Origin: a bacterium
GTDB lineage: Bacteria > Patescibacteriota > Patescibacteriia > Patescibacteriales > GWC2-42-12
Reading direction: 5' to 3'
Assembly: GCA_043807825.1 (NCBI GenBank)
Contig: JAZDFM010000034.1
Span: forward strand, 2,700 to 66,699
Length of the DNA: 64,000 nucleotides
Part shown: positions 38,682-46,258 of the stretch, in pieces
Position numbering within the stretch: the first letter of the stretch is position 1
How the letters are laid out: each line of letters starts with the position of its first letter
The notes under the pieces: generated by a model
The model's database searches: none
What the model was told of the DNA's origin: nothing
What the model saw: the letters and a program-made list of their open reading frames with translations, nothing else
Position numbers and translations under genes: made by a program

Positions 38682-39743
38682 ATGCTATTAACCAACAATT
38701 CAAATTATCCAGTGGGTTTGGATATTTCGGATTTGTCTTTAAAGCTTGTCCAGCTTGGCAAAAACGGGAATAAAATAAAAATTCAGGCAGTAAGCAGATT
38801 GGATCTCGCGCCGGGCGTTATAGCGAACGGCGAAATAAAAAATAAAACAGAACTTGTCAAATCCATCAAAAAAATAATATCCGATCCGATATACGGAAAA
38901 ATCAGCTCGGAAGAAGTCGTTGCCTGCCTTCCGGAATCAAAAACTTTCATCAAGCTGATTGAGATACAAAAAACCCCCAATAATTTAAACGACATAATAT
39001 GCCACGAAATTGAAAAGCATGTGCCGATGTCCGTTGAGGAAATTTATTACGACTGGCAGATTATTGAAGCTGTCGGGGATAAATATTCCGTTCTGATCGG
39101 AGCCGCGCCTAAAAATATAGTCAACCAATACACTGAAATTCTCGGCGAAGCGAAATTATATCCGGTAGCGCTTGAAATAGAGCCTGTTCCGATATGCCGA
39201 TGCCTGCTTAAGCAGGAAATAAAAGGCAACTTCGGCATTATAGATATCGGAGCGAAACACACTTGCATGATATTTTATTCGGGCAATACCATACTTTTCA
39301 CCGTGAGCATGCCGGTTTCGGGAGAAGAGATAACTTCAAAAATAATGCAAGCTCTGAATATGCCGAAAAATCAAGCTGAAAAAGCGAAAATCATCTGCGG
39401 ATTGGATGAAAGCAAGGCCGACGGAGTAATTAAAAAAATATTGGCCGACACGATAGAAAATTTGGTTGAAAAAATAAAAGAAGCGCTTGATTTTTATGAA
39501 AACTATTTCGGCTCGCGCGGCAAATTGGACAAAATTTTGCTGTGCGGAGGCGGATCCAACATACCCGATCTCGGAAAAATAATCAGTGAAAAAATTTCCA
39601 TTAAAACAACCGCGTCGGATGTTTTGGCCAATCTTTCGGAGCCGAAAAACAAATTTGACGAAGCTCTGAAGCAAAAAACCAATTCGTCTTTCGCTACGGC
39701 CGTGGGGCTGGCTTTGAGGGGAATATTCATAGATGAATTATAA
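38682..39743 (+). CDS. pilM: Type IV pilus assembly protein PilM (actin-like ATPase fold)
   Basis: 353-aa N-terminus VGLDISDLSLKLVQL, and a C-terminal GGGS motif (ILLCGGGSNIPDLGKII). Confidence 0.8.
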   Translation: MLLTNNSNYPVGLDISDLSLKLVQLGKNGNKIKIQAVSRLDLAPGVIANGEIKNKTELVKSIKKIISDPIYGKISSEEVVACLPESKTFIKLIEIQKTPNNLNDIICHEIEKHVPMSVEEIYYDWQIIEAVGDKYSVLIGAAPKNIVNQYTEILGEAKLYPVALEIEPVPICRCLLKQEIKGNFGIIDIGAKHTCMIFYSGNTILFTVSMPVSGEEITSKIMQALNMPKNQAEKAKIICGLDESKADGVIKKILADTIENLVEKIKEALDFYENYFGSRGKLDKILLCGGGSNIPDLGKIISEKISIKTTASDVLANLSEPKNKFDEALKQKTNSSFATAVGLALRGIFIDEL

Positions 39744-40281
39744 ATTTATGCTTTCGCTAAACCTTATTTCGGATGAATTGAAAAATGAAATAAAATTGCG
39801 CCGGCTTTACTTATTCATTAAAAAAATCGGCTTGGTTTTGATTACCATAGCCATTTTCACCGCGACTATCTTGTTAACCGCGAAAATCATATTGCAAATA
39901 AAATTCAACGATACCGTCAATCAAATGACTTTAGTCACCAAGAACAACCAAGGCTACAACAACAAAGTGAGGGTCATAAACGGAAAAATAAATTTTGCGG
40001 AAAAAGTGCAAAATGATTTCGTGCCATGGTCAAACGCCCTTAAAATAATCTCCGAAATAACGCCTATCGGAATCAATTTGAATTACCTTAAAATCAATCT
40101 CGGAGAACAATCCGTGAAAATCAAAGGCAAAGCCGGCTTGCGCGAAAATTTGCTTGATTTCAAGCAAAATATGGAAAACTCGGAAATTTTCAAAGACATT
40201 GATTTTCCGATTAAAAATATCCTAGAAAAAGAAAACATAGATTTTGAAATAAATTCAAAAATAAATTATGAACGGCTATAA
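39733..40281 (+). CDS. pilN: PilN-like bitopic membrane protein
   Basis: Short cytoplasmic N-terminus, a single TM (IGLVLITIAIFTATILL), and a periplasmic domain. Overlaps the pilM end. Confidence 0.55.
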   Translation: MNYKFMLSLNLISDELKNEIKLRRLYLFIKKIGLVLITIAIFTATILLTAKIILQIKFNDTVNQMTLVTKNNQGYNNKVRVINGKINFAEKVQNDFVPWSNALKIISEITPIGINLNYLKINLGEQSVKIKGKAGLRENLLDFKQNMENSEIFKDIDFPIKNILEKENIDFEINSKINYERL

Positions 40282-40840
40282 ATACTTCCAATTAAACCTC
40301 AAGAATAAAATCATCGCGAGTTTCGCGTGCTTTCTGGCGGTAATTTCGGTTTTAGCCTGCCTCATCGTCGTTCCGACAATCAAAGAAATCAAATCAATGG
40401 GCGAATCAATAGAAGCTCAAAGGGAAGACTTGGAAAGAAAATACATCAAAGGCCAAAGCTTGAGAAAATTAACCGATAATTTAAGCGAAATAGAGCCAAG
40501 GCTTAAATTGCTTGACCAAATTTTTATAAACAAAAACAGGGAGCTTGAATTCATCACCAGCCTTGAAAACGAAGCGAATAAAAATCGCGTAAGCCAAAAA
40601 ATAAATTTAAGCGCGCCTGAAAAAATTGAAAATCAGAATTTTCAAAAAACAGGAATCAAAATCTTTACAAAAGGAAAATTCTCCGAACAGCTGGGGTACC
40701 TGTCCGGCATTGAAAAATTAAGCTACTACATAAACGCCAAAATCCTTGAACTGTCGCATTCGGCCGCGGAGGCTGGCGAAGATAAAAGCCAAAGCGGCGA
40801 TTTGAATATGTCTATTGAAGGAGACGCTTATTGGAATTAA
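40268..40840 (+). CDS. pilO: PilO-like bitopic membrane protein with coiled coil
   Basis: TM (IIASFACFLAVISVLACLIVV), then a coiled coil. Position after pilN. Confidence 0.45.
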   Translation: MNGYKYFQLNLKNKIIASFACFLAVISVLACLIVVPTIKEIKSMGESIEAQREDLERKYIKGQSLRKLTDNLSEIEPRLKLLDQIFINKNRELEFITSLENEANKNRVSQKINLSAPEKIENQNFQKTGIKIFTKGKFSEQLGYLSGIEKLSYYINAKILELSHSAAEAGEDKSQSGDLNMSIEGDAYWN

Positions 40841-41120
40841 ATTTATGGCCATTGCTAAAATAAAATTAACCAGAAAAAAATTATCAAGCCTCGCGGCGGC
40901 CGTGATTATTTCGGCGGCTTCGGCTATTTTAATTTTCATTTCGCTGTTTCTTTACAAAAATTTTTATCAGACGATAACGCAAACAAAAGAAATTTTAATC
41001 CTCAAAGAAAAAGTCGCCGTAGACATGGTGGATATGGAAAAATTCAATATGATAATAAAAAAATTGGAGGAAAAAACCAAGCCCGGCGAATTTCAAAACA
41101 TTATCAGCCCTTTTCGCTAA
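40815..41120 (+). CDS. Small bitopic membrane protein (possible PilP-like)
   Basis: 101 aa with a single TM (LAAAVIISAASAILIFISLFL). Last gene of the pilus operon. Confidence 0.3.
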   Translation: MKETLIGIKFMAIAKIKLTRKKLSSLAAAVIISAASAILIFISLFLYKNFYQTITQTKEILILKEKVAVDMVDMEKFNMIIKKLEEKTKPGEFQNIISPFR

Positions 41121-42322
41121 AGGACTGGCGCCATTTTTCTTAATCTTTCAACTATCGCCGGCAAAATATCAAGCGCGGCTTTTATTTCCGCTCGTGTATT
41201 GTTTTTGCCGAAAGTGAACCTTATCGCGCCGTGAGCCGCTTCATCTCTCAAGCCTATCGCTTTCAGGGTCGGAGAAGTTTTAAGATCCGACGAGGCGCAA
41301 GCCGAACCTGTTGAAACCGCGATTGATTCCAAGCCCAAGGCCATAAGTATTGCTTCTCCCTCGGCGCCGATAAACGATATATTGGCATGAGACGGAACGG
41401 AATTTTTCATATCCGTGTTAACAATGATTTCAGGCACAAGTTTTTTAATTTCCGAAATAAATTCGTTTCTCAATTTTAAAATTTTCTTGTTATTTTTCTC
41501 CTTGTCTTTCGCGCAAATTTTTACAGCGCTTCCCATGCCGGCTATGCCCGGAACATTGAGCGTCCCGCTTCTTAAATTTTTTTCATGATGCCCGCCGAGC
41601 TGCATGGCCGCCATCGGAGTTCCCCGCTTCGCGAACAGCGCGCCGATTCCTTTCGGACCGTAAATTTTATGGCCCGACATTGAAAGCAAATCAACTCCGA
41701 GTTTTTTAACATCGCAATTCAAAAAATTAACAGCCTGAACCGCGTCCGTATGAAAATATATTTTATTATTTTCAGTTCTGTTCCTATTTATTTTCTCAAT
41801 TATTTTTCCGATTTCCGCGATCGGCTGAATACTGCCGATTTCTGAATTCACATACATGATTGAAACAAAAACAGTATTGCCTTTCACGGCCTTTTCAAAA
41901 ACTTCCGGATCAACCGCTCCATTTTCCCCGACCGGCAAATAATCAACTTCAACACCTTCGGATTCAAGCTTTCGAAAAGGCTCTGAAACGGCCGGATGCT
42001 CTATGGCCGAAGTTATAACATGCAATTTCTCCGTTTTATATTTTTTCTTCAAAGCTCCGACAACTCCCAAAACAGCCAAATTGTCGGATTCGGTGGCGCC
42101 TGAAGTAAAAATTATTTCATCGGGCAGGCAATTTAAAAATTCAGCCGTATTTTTTCTCGCCTCGTCCACGGCGGAAAAAGCCGATTGCCCGAAATGATGC
42201 AGAGAAGAAGCGTTGCCGTAATTTTTAGTGAAATACGGCAACATGGATTTTAAAACATCCTTGCCAACCGGCGTGGAAGCGCTATGGTCAAAATATATTG
42301 ATTTATTATTTTTCAGCTTCAT
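41117..42322 (-). CDS. Cysteine desulfurase (NifS/IscS family)
   Basis: PLP-lysine motif SMSGHKIYGPKGIGAL, and a catalytic Cys loop STGSACAS. Confidence 0.9.
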   Translation of the reverse strand: MKLKNNKSIYFDHSASTPVGKDVLKSMLPYFTKNYGNASSLHHFGQSAFSAVDEARKNTAEFLNCLPDEIIFTSGATESDNLAVLGVVGALKKKYKTEKLHVITSAIEHPAVSEPFRKLESEGVEVDYLPVGENGAVDPEVFEKAVKGNTVFVSIMYVNSEIGSIQPIAEIGKIIEKINRNRTENNKIYFHTDAVQAVNFLNCDVKKLGVDLLSMSGHKIYGPKGIGALFAKRGTPMAAMQLGGHHEKNLRSGTLNVPGIAGMGSAVKICAKDKEKNNKKILKLRNEFISEIKKLVPEIIVNTDMKNSVPSHANISFIGAEGEAILMALGLESIAVSTGSACASSDLKTSPTLKAIGLRDEAAHGAIRFTFGKNNTRAEIKAALDILPAIVERLRKMAPVL

Positions 42323-42336
42323 AATTTATTCCGCTT

Positions 42337-42576
42337 TTACACGGCTATCACTTTTTTCACTTGTTTTATTTTCTTCTTTATTTCCGCTTCAATCCCCTGC
42401 TTCAATGTTATGGATGCCATCGGACAATGCGCGCATTGGCCGATAAGGCTCACTTTTAAAATGCCGGATTTTTCATCAAAACCGATGAAATTCACATCTC
42501 CGCCGTCCATTCGCAAAGAAGGGCGGATTTGATCCAAAATTTCTTTTATCTTATCATCAACGCTTTTTTTCGGCAT
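42337..42576 (-). CDS. NifU C-terminal domain protein (Nfu-type Fe-S carrier)
   Basis: 79 aa with a CxxC (GQCAHCPMA) Nfu motif. Confidence 0.8.
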   Translation of the reverse strand: MPKKSVDDKIKEILDQIRPSLRMDGGDVNFIGFDEKSGILKVSLIGQCAHCPMASITLKQGIEAEIKKKIKQVKKVIAV

Positions 42577-42579
42577 ATT

Positions 42580-42969
42580 TTATTTATTATTATATTTTTT
42601 ATATTTTTCAATAGCTTGGCGCAAAGCTTCAATCCCCAGCATTGAGCAATGGATTTTCATTTCCGGCAAGCCGCCCAAATCTTTGACTATGTCGTCTTTC
42701 TTGATTTTCAAAGCGTCTTCCAGCGCCATGCCTTTGGCCCGCCCGGTCAAAGCCGACGAAACGGCTATGGCCGCGGCGCAACCCAAAGTTTCAAATTTAA
42801 TATCTTTGATTATTTTCCCGCCTTTTTTATCAACGGCGATTTTTAAATATATTTTCATTATATCGCCGCAAGACGGATTTCCAACCTGCCCGACAGCATC
42901 CGCATTCTTGATGCTTCCTTGATTGCGCGGATTTTTAAAATGTTCAATAACTTTTTTTGAATATTGCAT
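42580..42969 (-). CDS. Fe-S cluster scaffold protein IscU/NifU N-terminal domain
   Basis: HFKNPRNQGSIKNADAVGQVGNPSCGDIM...LGCAAAIA...IHCSML are the three conserved Cys motifs. Confidence 0.85.
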   Translation of the reverse strand: MQYSKKVIEHFKNPRNQGSIKNADAVGQVGNPSCGDIMKIYLKIAVDKKGGKIIKDIKFETLGCAAAIAVSSALTGRAKGMALEDALKIKKDDIVKDLGGLPEMKIHCSMLGIEALRQAIEKYKKYNNK

Positions 42970-42979
42970 AATATTAAAT

Positions 42980-43714
42980 TTAATATATCTTTACCGTCAT
43001 GCCTACTTCCGCCCAATCGTAAATTAATTTTGCCGGACCGACGCCCAATCTGACGCAACCATGCGAAACCGGCGTACCCAAATGATTTTCTCCTTCGCGA
43101 TAGCCGTTCGGCCAAATCGGCAATTCATGAATTCCGAATTTCCCCGAGCCAAGCCCGACCCAATAAGGCATCCATAATCCGTAAGGCGACCAAGCTTTTA
43201 TGTTTTTATTCAATACTTTAAATGTTCCTTTGGGAGTCGTGTTGCTTTTGCCGCTGGAAACCGGAAAAATTCCCATCCTTACTCCTGACAAAAAATAACT
43301 CAATTCCTGTTTCACGGTGTTTATTTCTATTTTTTTGATCAATTTTATTTTATCGGATTTTGTCGGATCATATCCGTCTTTTATTTCTTCGCCGTCATTA
43401 TATCCGTCGCCGTCGGTGTCGGGATTATCCAAGTTGGAATGAAAATTCAATTCCATTCTATCAGACAATCCGTCGCCGTCAGTGTCATTGTTTTCCAATC
43501 TCGCTTTTTTCGCGTTGCGCGGAGAAAAACCGCTGTTCAGCTCCAGCCAATCGTTATATCCGTCGCCATCGGTGTCGGGATTATTCGGATCGGTATGATA
43601 AATTTTAATTTCATCTTCATCGGGAACGCCATCAAAATCGCTATCCATTAAACTGCCGGCGTTAGCAAACAAAGGAATAGATGATAAAATAATCAATAAT
43701 AAAAACTTTTTCAT
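42980..43714 (-). CDS. Secreted L,D-transpeptidase (YkuD domain) with thrombospondin type-3-like Ca-binding repeats
   Basis: Signal peptide MKKFLLLIILSSIPLFANA, repeated DxDGDGxxDxxE motifs, and a C-terminal catalytic SHGCVRL. The start was moved to the ATG at 43714 because the track start at 43750 is TTG. Confidence 0.8.
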   Translation of the reverse strand: MKKFLLLIILSSIPLFANAGSLMDSDFDGVPDEDEIKIYHTDPNNPDTDGDGYNDWLELNSGFSPRNAKKARLENNDTDGDGLSDRMELNFHSNLDNPDTDGDGYNDGEEIKDGYDPTKSDKIKLIKKIEINTVKQELSYFLSGVRMGIFPVSSGKSNTTPKGTFKVLNKNIKAWSPYGLWMPYWVGLGSGKFGIHELPIWPNGYREGENHLGTPVSHGCVRLGVGPAKLIYDWAEVGMTVKIY

Positions 43715-43737
43715 AGCTTGAACCTCTAAATTAGCCC

Positions 43738-43912
43738 GAGATGGTTTCAAAACTGTTTCGTAACGAAATTTAGATATTTTTTGCCAAAATTAGGAAAGCA
43801 AGCAAAATGATTGAGCCGTAGCAGTGGCTACGGTGAAAATCATTTTGCGCGGCTTGACGAAATTTCGGCAAAAAATAGCAAATTGCAGTAGAAACAGTTT
43901 TGAAACCATCTC
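43738..43912. repeat. Roughly 175-bp nested imperfect palindrome
   Basis: Outer 22-bp perfect IR gagatggtttcaaaactgtttc (43738-43759) / gaaacagttttgaaaccatctc (43891-43912). Inner IR gcaaaatgatt..ccgtagc-agtg-gctacgg..aatcattttgc (43802-43848). Both are centred near 43825, and the intervening arms are also largely complementary. Confidence 0.85.
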
Positions 43913-43957
43913 TCCATATCATCATAATATCACGCGCAATTTTAATGTCAAACTTGC

Positions 43958-43988
43958 CTGTCGGCGAATTGACATTTCGCGTTCGGGG
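43958..43988 (+). promoter_or_regulatory. Sigma-70-like promoter TTGACA-N19-TATAAT with an 8-G homopolymer in the spacer
   Basis: ttgaca (43958-43963), spacer tttcgcgttcgggggggg, then tataat (43983-43988). About 200 nt upstream of the 44196 ORF. Confidence 0.5.
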
Positions 43989-44195
43989 GGGGTATAATCA
44001 AGATCAAGATTTAAGCTTTGGCAAATCAAGGAGGTGAGGAAAATTAGGAAAGATAAGTCGCGCGGATTACCTGCTTAAAATTGCTTGAGAAATAAATCTT
44101 GAGCTATGCGAATTGTCTTGTTTGTCGGGGTTGAATATTAAATGAGTTTTTTTAATGTTCTTTTGAAAACAACTTTTTTGCAGAGGAGGTTTGAG

Positions 44196-44552
44196 ATGTT
44201 AAGAAAAAATCTTTTAACGCTTGTCGCATTTTTTTTAATTGCCTTTTATGCGCCGAATTTTGCTTGCGCCGATGGATGCGATTGTTGGATTGTGGGTTAT
44301 GATGAATATTGGACTGATCGGAATAATCCTGCCAGCGGCGACCACGCAGTCGCATGGTTTAAATGCAATAAAATTAACAATAATCCAATAGTAACAACCG
44401 ATTTGCCATGGTCTGGATATCGGAGAAATTGGATGGTTTGGGAAAAAGGCACAAATCACCCCAGGGTTTTCGTTAATGGTTCATATTATTGGCCACTGAG
44501 AACTTGGGGGTGGGAACCGTGGGAAATATTTTATACAGTACACCTGAGATAG
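44196..44552 (+). CDS. Small secreted Trp/Cys-rich protein (hypothetical)
   Basis: SD ggaggt 8 nt upstream. Signal peptide MLRKNLLTLVAFFLIAFYAPNFACA|DG. The mature ~93-aa segment has 9 Trp and a CADGCDCW motif. Confidence 0.5.
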   Translation: MLRKNLLTLVAFFLIAFYAPNFACADGCDCWIVGYDEYWTDRNNPASGDHAVAWFKCNKINNNPIVTTDLPWSGYRRNWMVWEKGTNHPRVFVNGSYYWPLRTWGWEPWEIFYTVHLR

Positions 44553-44581
44553 CAATACAAACCTTTCATTCTTGCGCTTAT

Positions 44582-44619
44582 GGCGGTGAATGTATTATTA
44601 TAAAAATACATTCACCGCC
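44582..44619 (+). terminator. Strong hairpin (15-bp perfect stem) downstream of the 44196 ORF
   Basis: ggcggtgaatgtatt-attataaaa-aatacattcaccgcc. There is no clean T-tract, so it may instead be an attenuator or processing structure. Confidence 0.4.
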
Positions 44620-44637
44620 GACTTTAACTTTATATTT

Positions 44638-45135
44638 ATGTTAAAAATCAATACAACAAATCGAATTATTCTAAAACTCAGTCAAGCAATTATAGCTTCT
44701 TTAATTTCATTTATATTTTTGAATATTATTATTTTTTCTTTGCAAATAATATATCCAGCTCCATCATGGAGAAAGATATGCGGAAATAATTGCACTGATA
44801 CTCAAAATGAACATAGCGCGATAACTAATGCCGACATAATATATAGAAGCGCTGTTCAAAAAATATTTTATGTTTTATCTTTATTTTTTATTTTAACAAC
44901 TTACGCAACAAGAAAAAAAGAAAATTTAAAATATATATTTTCATTTTTATCCATCTCTGCATTTCTTTTTGCTTATTTCACTACAAGGGGTCATCAATGG
45001 TATTTTGAATTTGGAACAGAACCGCCAAACGCAATCACTTCTGTTTTTATTGTTGTAATTTTATCAATATTCAATTATTGGATATTTAAAGGTTGCAAAA
45101 AATTAAAAATCAATTTGTATACAAACGATATATGA
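44638..45135 (+). CDS. Hypothetical polytopic membrane protein
   Basis: Four predicted TM segments. Extremely AT-rich codon usage. The start was moved to MLKINTT to clear the hairpin. Confidence 0.4.
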   Translation: MLKINTTNRIILKLSQAIIASLISFIFLNIIIFSLQIIYPAPSWRKICGNNCTDTQNEHSAITNADIIYRSAVQKIFYVLSLFFILTTYATRKKENLKYIFSFLSISAFLFAYFTTRGHQWYFEFGTEPPNAITSVFIVVILSIFNYWIFKGCKKLKINLYTNDI

Positions 45136-45341
45136 CTTCAAAAAAAATCATTTTAATTTCTTCTGTTTTTATTGTTGCGATTCTATTCGCCGGTTTTGGA
45201 TGTTATATTTTTTTGAAACAAAATGGTGGCAAAACACAAATTGCGCGAGAATGCGTAAATACTGATAATTCATACACTAAAACAGATAGAGCAAATTCAG
45301 ATGCGGGAATGACAAAAGCATGGAGCGCATATTATGATTAA
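45132..45341 (+). CDS. Small signal-anchored protein; possibly the N-terminal part of a gene interrupted by an in-frame TAA (same frame as 45390..45803)
   Basis: ATGA overlap with the upstream gene. MTSKKIILISSVFIVAILFAGFGCYIFL TM anchor. The TAA at 45339 is followed in the same frame by the next ORF with no further stops. Confidence 0.35.
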   Translation: MTSKKIILISSVFIVAILFAGFGCYIFLKQNGGKTQIARECVNTDNSYTKTDRANSDAGMTKAWSAYYD

Positions 45342-45389
45342 AGATATAAATACCAAATAGATTTTCCGGCGGAATTTGATGTAGCTACA

Positions 45390-45803
45390 ATGTACGAACA
45401 TACGGTTAAAGTATCTGACGATTTCGGCGGAGGTTTTTTAACCACGAATGAAGGAATTGTATTTTTTCCCGCGGATTCAATAGATGGACCAGGCGGCATA
45501 TCAATTAAAATATTTGAAAACAGCGGATTTCAATCAACTGATGAATGGCTTGAAAGCCAAAAAAGTGAATATGGAACCAGCGTGGTTGAAAAAAAAATTT
45601 ATATAGACGGCAACGAAGCGATAATCACTCATCAGGCAGGTATGCAAGATGGAAAAATATTTGAAGAATTTAAACAGCAAAAAACAACAGTGTTTATTAA
45701 AGATGACAAATTATTTGTTATAAACGCTAATATGGGCGATTACATAAACGAAAAATTCTGGAACAGCTTCAAATTCATTACAGACAAATATCCTATATAC
45801 TAA
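45390..45803 (+). CDS. Hypothetical protein (possible C-terminal part of the interrupted gene)
   Basis: 137-aa ORF in frame with 45132..45341. Confidence 0.4.
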   Translation: MYEHTVKVSDDFGGGFLTTNEGIVFFPADSIDGPGGISIKIFENSGFQSTDEWLESQKSEYGTSVVEKKIYIDGNEAIITHQAGMQDGKIFEEFKQQKTTVFIKDDKLFVINANMGDYINEKFWNSFKFITDKYPIY

Positions 45804-45813
45804 AAACAATTTC

Positions 45814-45841
45814 TTGACAATTCGCGAGTTTTTGCTATCAT
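45814..45841 (+). promoter_or_regulatory. Candidate sigma-70 promoter TTGACA-N16-TATCAT upstream of rpmA
   Basis: ttgaca (45814-19), a 16-nt spacer, then tatcat (45836-41). Followed by tgaaaatt tandem repeats before the rpmA start. Confidence 0.4.
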
Positions 45842-45932
45842 TAAAGAATAAATTTTAAATGACTTCAATTGGTAATTTTTATTTCTACACTATTTTGAAA
45901 TTGAAAATTAAAAATTGAAAATTACTGCGAAT

Positions 45933-46214
45933 ATGGCGCATAAAAAAGCAGGCGGCTCAACAGCTTTAGGCCGCGATTCTCAAAGCAAAAGATTGGGCGT
46001 AAAACTTCAGGACGGAGAATACGCCAAAGCCGGATCAATCATAATCAGACAGCGCGGAACCAAATATCGTCCGGGTAAAAATGTCAAAAAAGGCAAAGAC
46101 GATACTTTATTCTCCGTAATATCCGGTTTCGTGAAATTCGCTTCCAAAAAAATAAGAAAATACGACAATAGGCTTGAAGCCGTGAAAATAGTCAATGTCG
46201 AGGCTCAAAAATAA
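45933..46214 (+). CDS. rpmA: 50S ribosomal protein L27
   Basis: [24 protein letters not shown]...[16 protein letters not shown] is canonical L27. The start was moved from the track TTG (45915) to the ATG at 45933. Confidence 0.9.
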   Translation: MAHKKAGGSTALGRDSQSKRLGVKLQDGEYAKAGSIIIRQRGTKYRPGKNVKKGKDDTLFSVISGFVKFASKKIRKYDNRLEAVKIVNVEAQK

Positions 46215-46227
46215 CTTCAAAATAAAA

Positions 46228-46258
46228 AAAACCGCTTAAGCGGTTTTTTTTATTTTTT
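46228..46258. terminator. Bidirectional rho-independent terminator between rpmA and pyrG
   Basis: aaaaaaaa-accgcttaagcggtt-ttttttt. Confidence 0.7.

Noticed and set aside
45339-45341. An alternative genetic code (stop-codon reassignment, as in SR1/Gracilibacteria) to explain the in-frame TAA
   Set aside because: TGA and TAA terminate well-conserved genes at the expected positions (thyA ends in TGA; rplK, rpmA and secE end in TAA/TAG). A single in-frame stop is better explained by a pseudogene, an error or two genes.
45915-45932. The track start for rpmA at 45915 (MKITAN...) implying an N-terminal propeptide like Firmicutes L27
   Set aside because: The codon at 45915 is TTG, not ATG. The extension lacks the conserved Prp cleavage motif, and no prp (ysxB) or rplU gene is adjacent. 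The ATG at 45933 gives the canonical MAHKK start.
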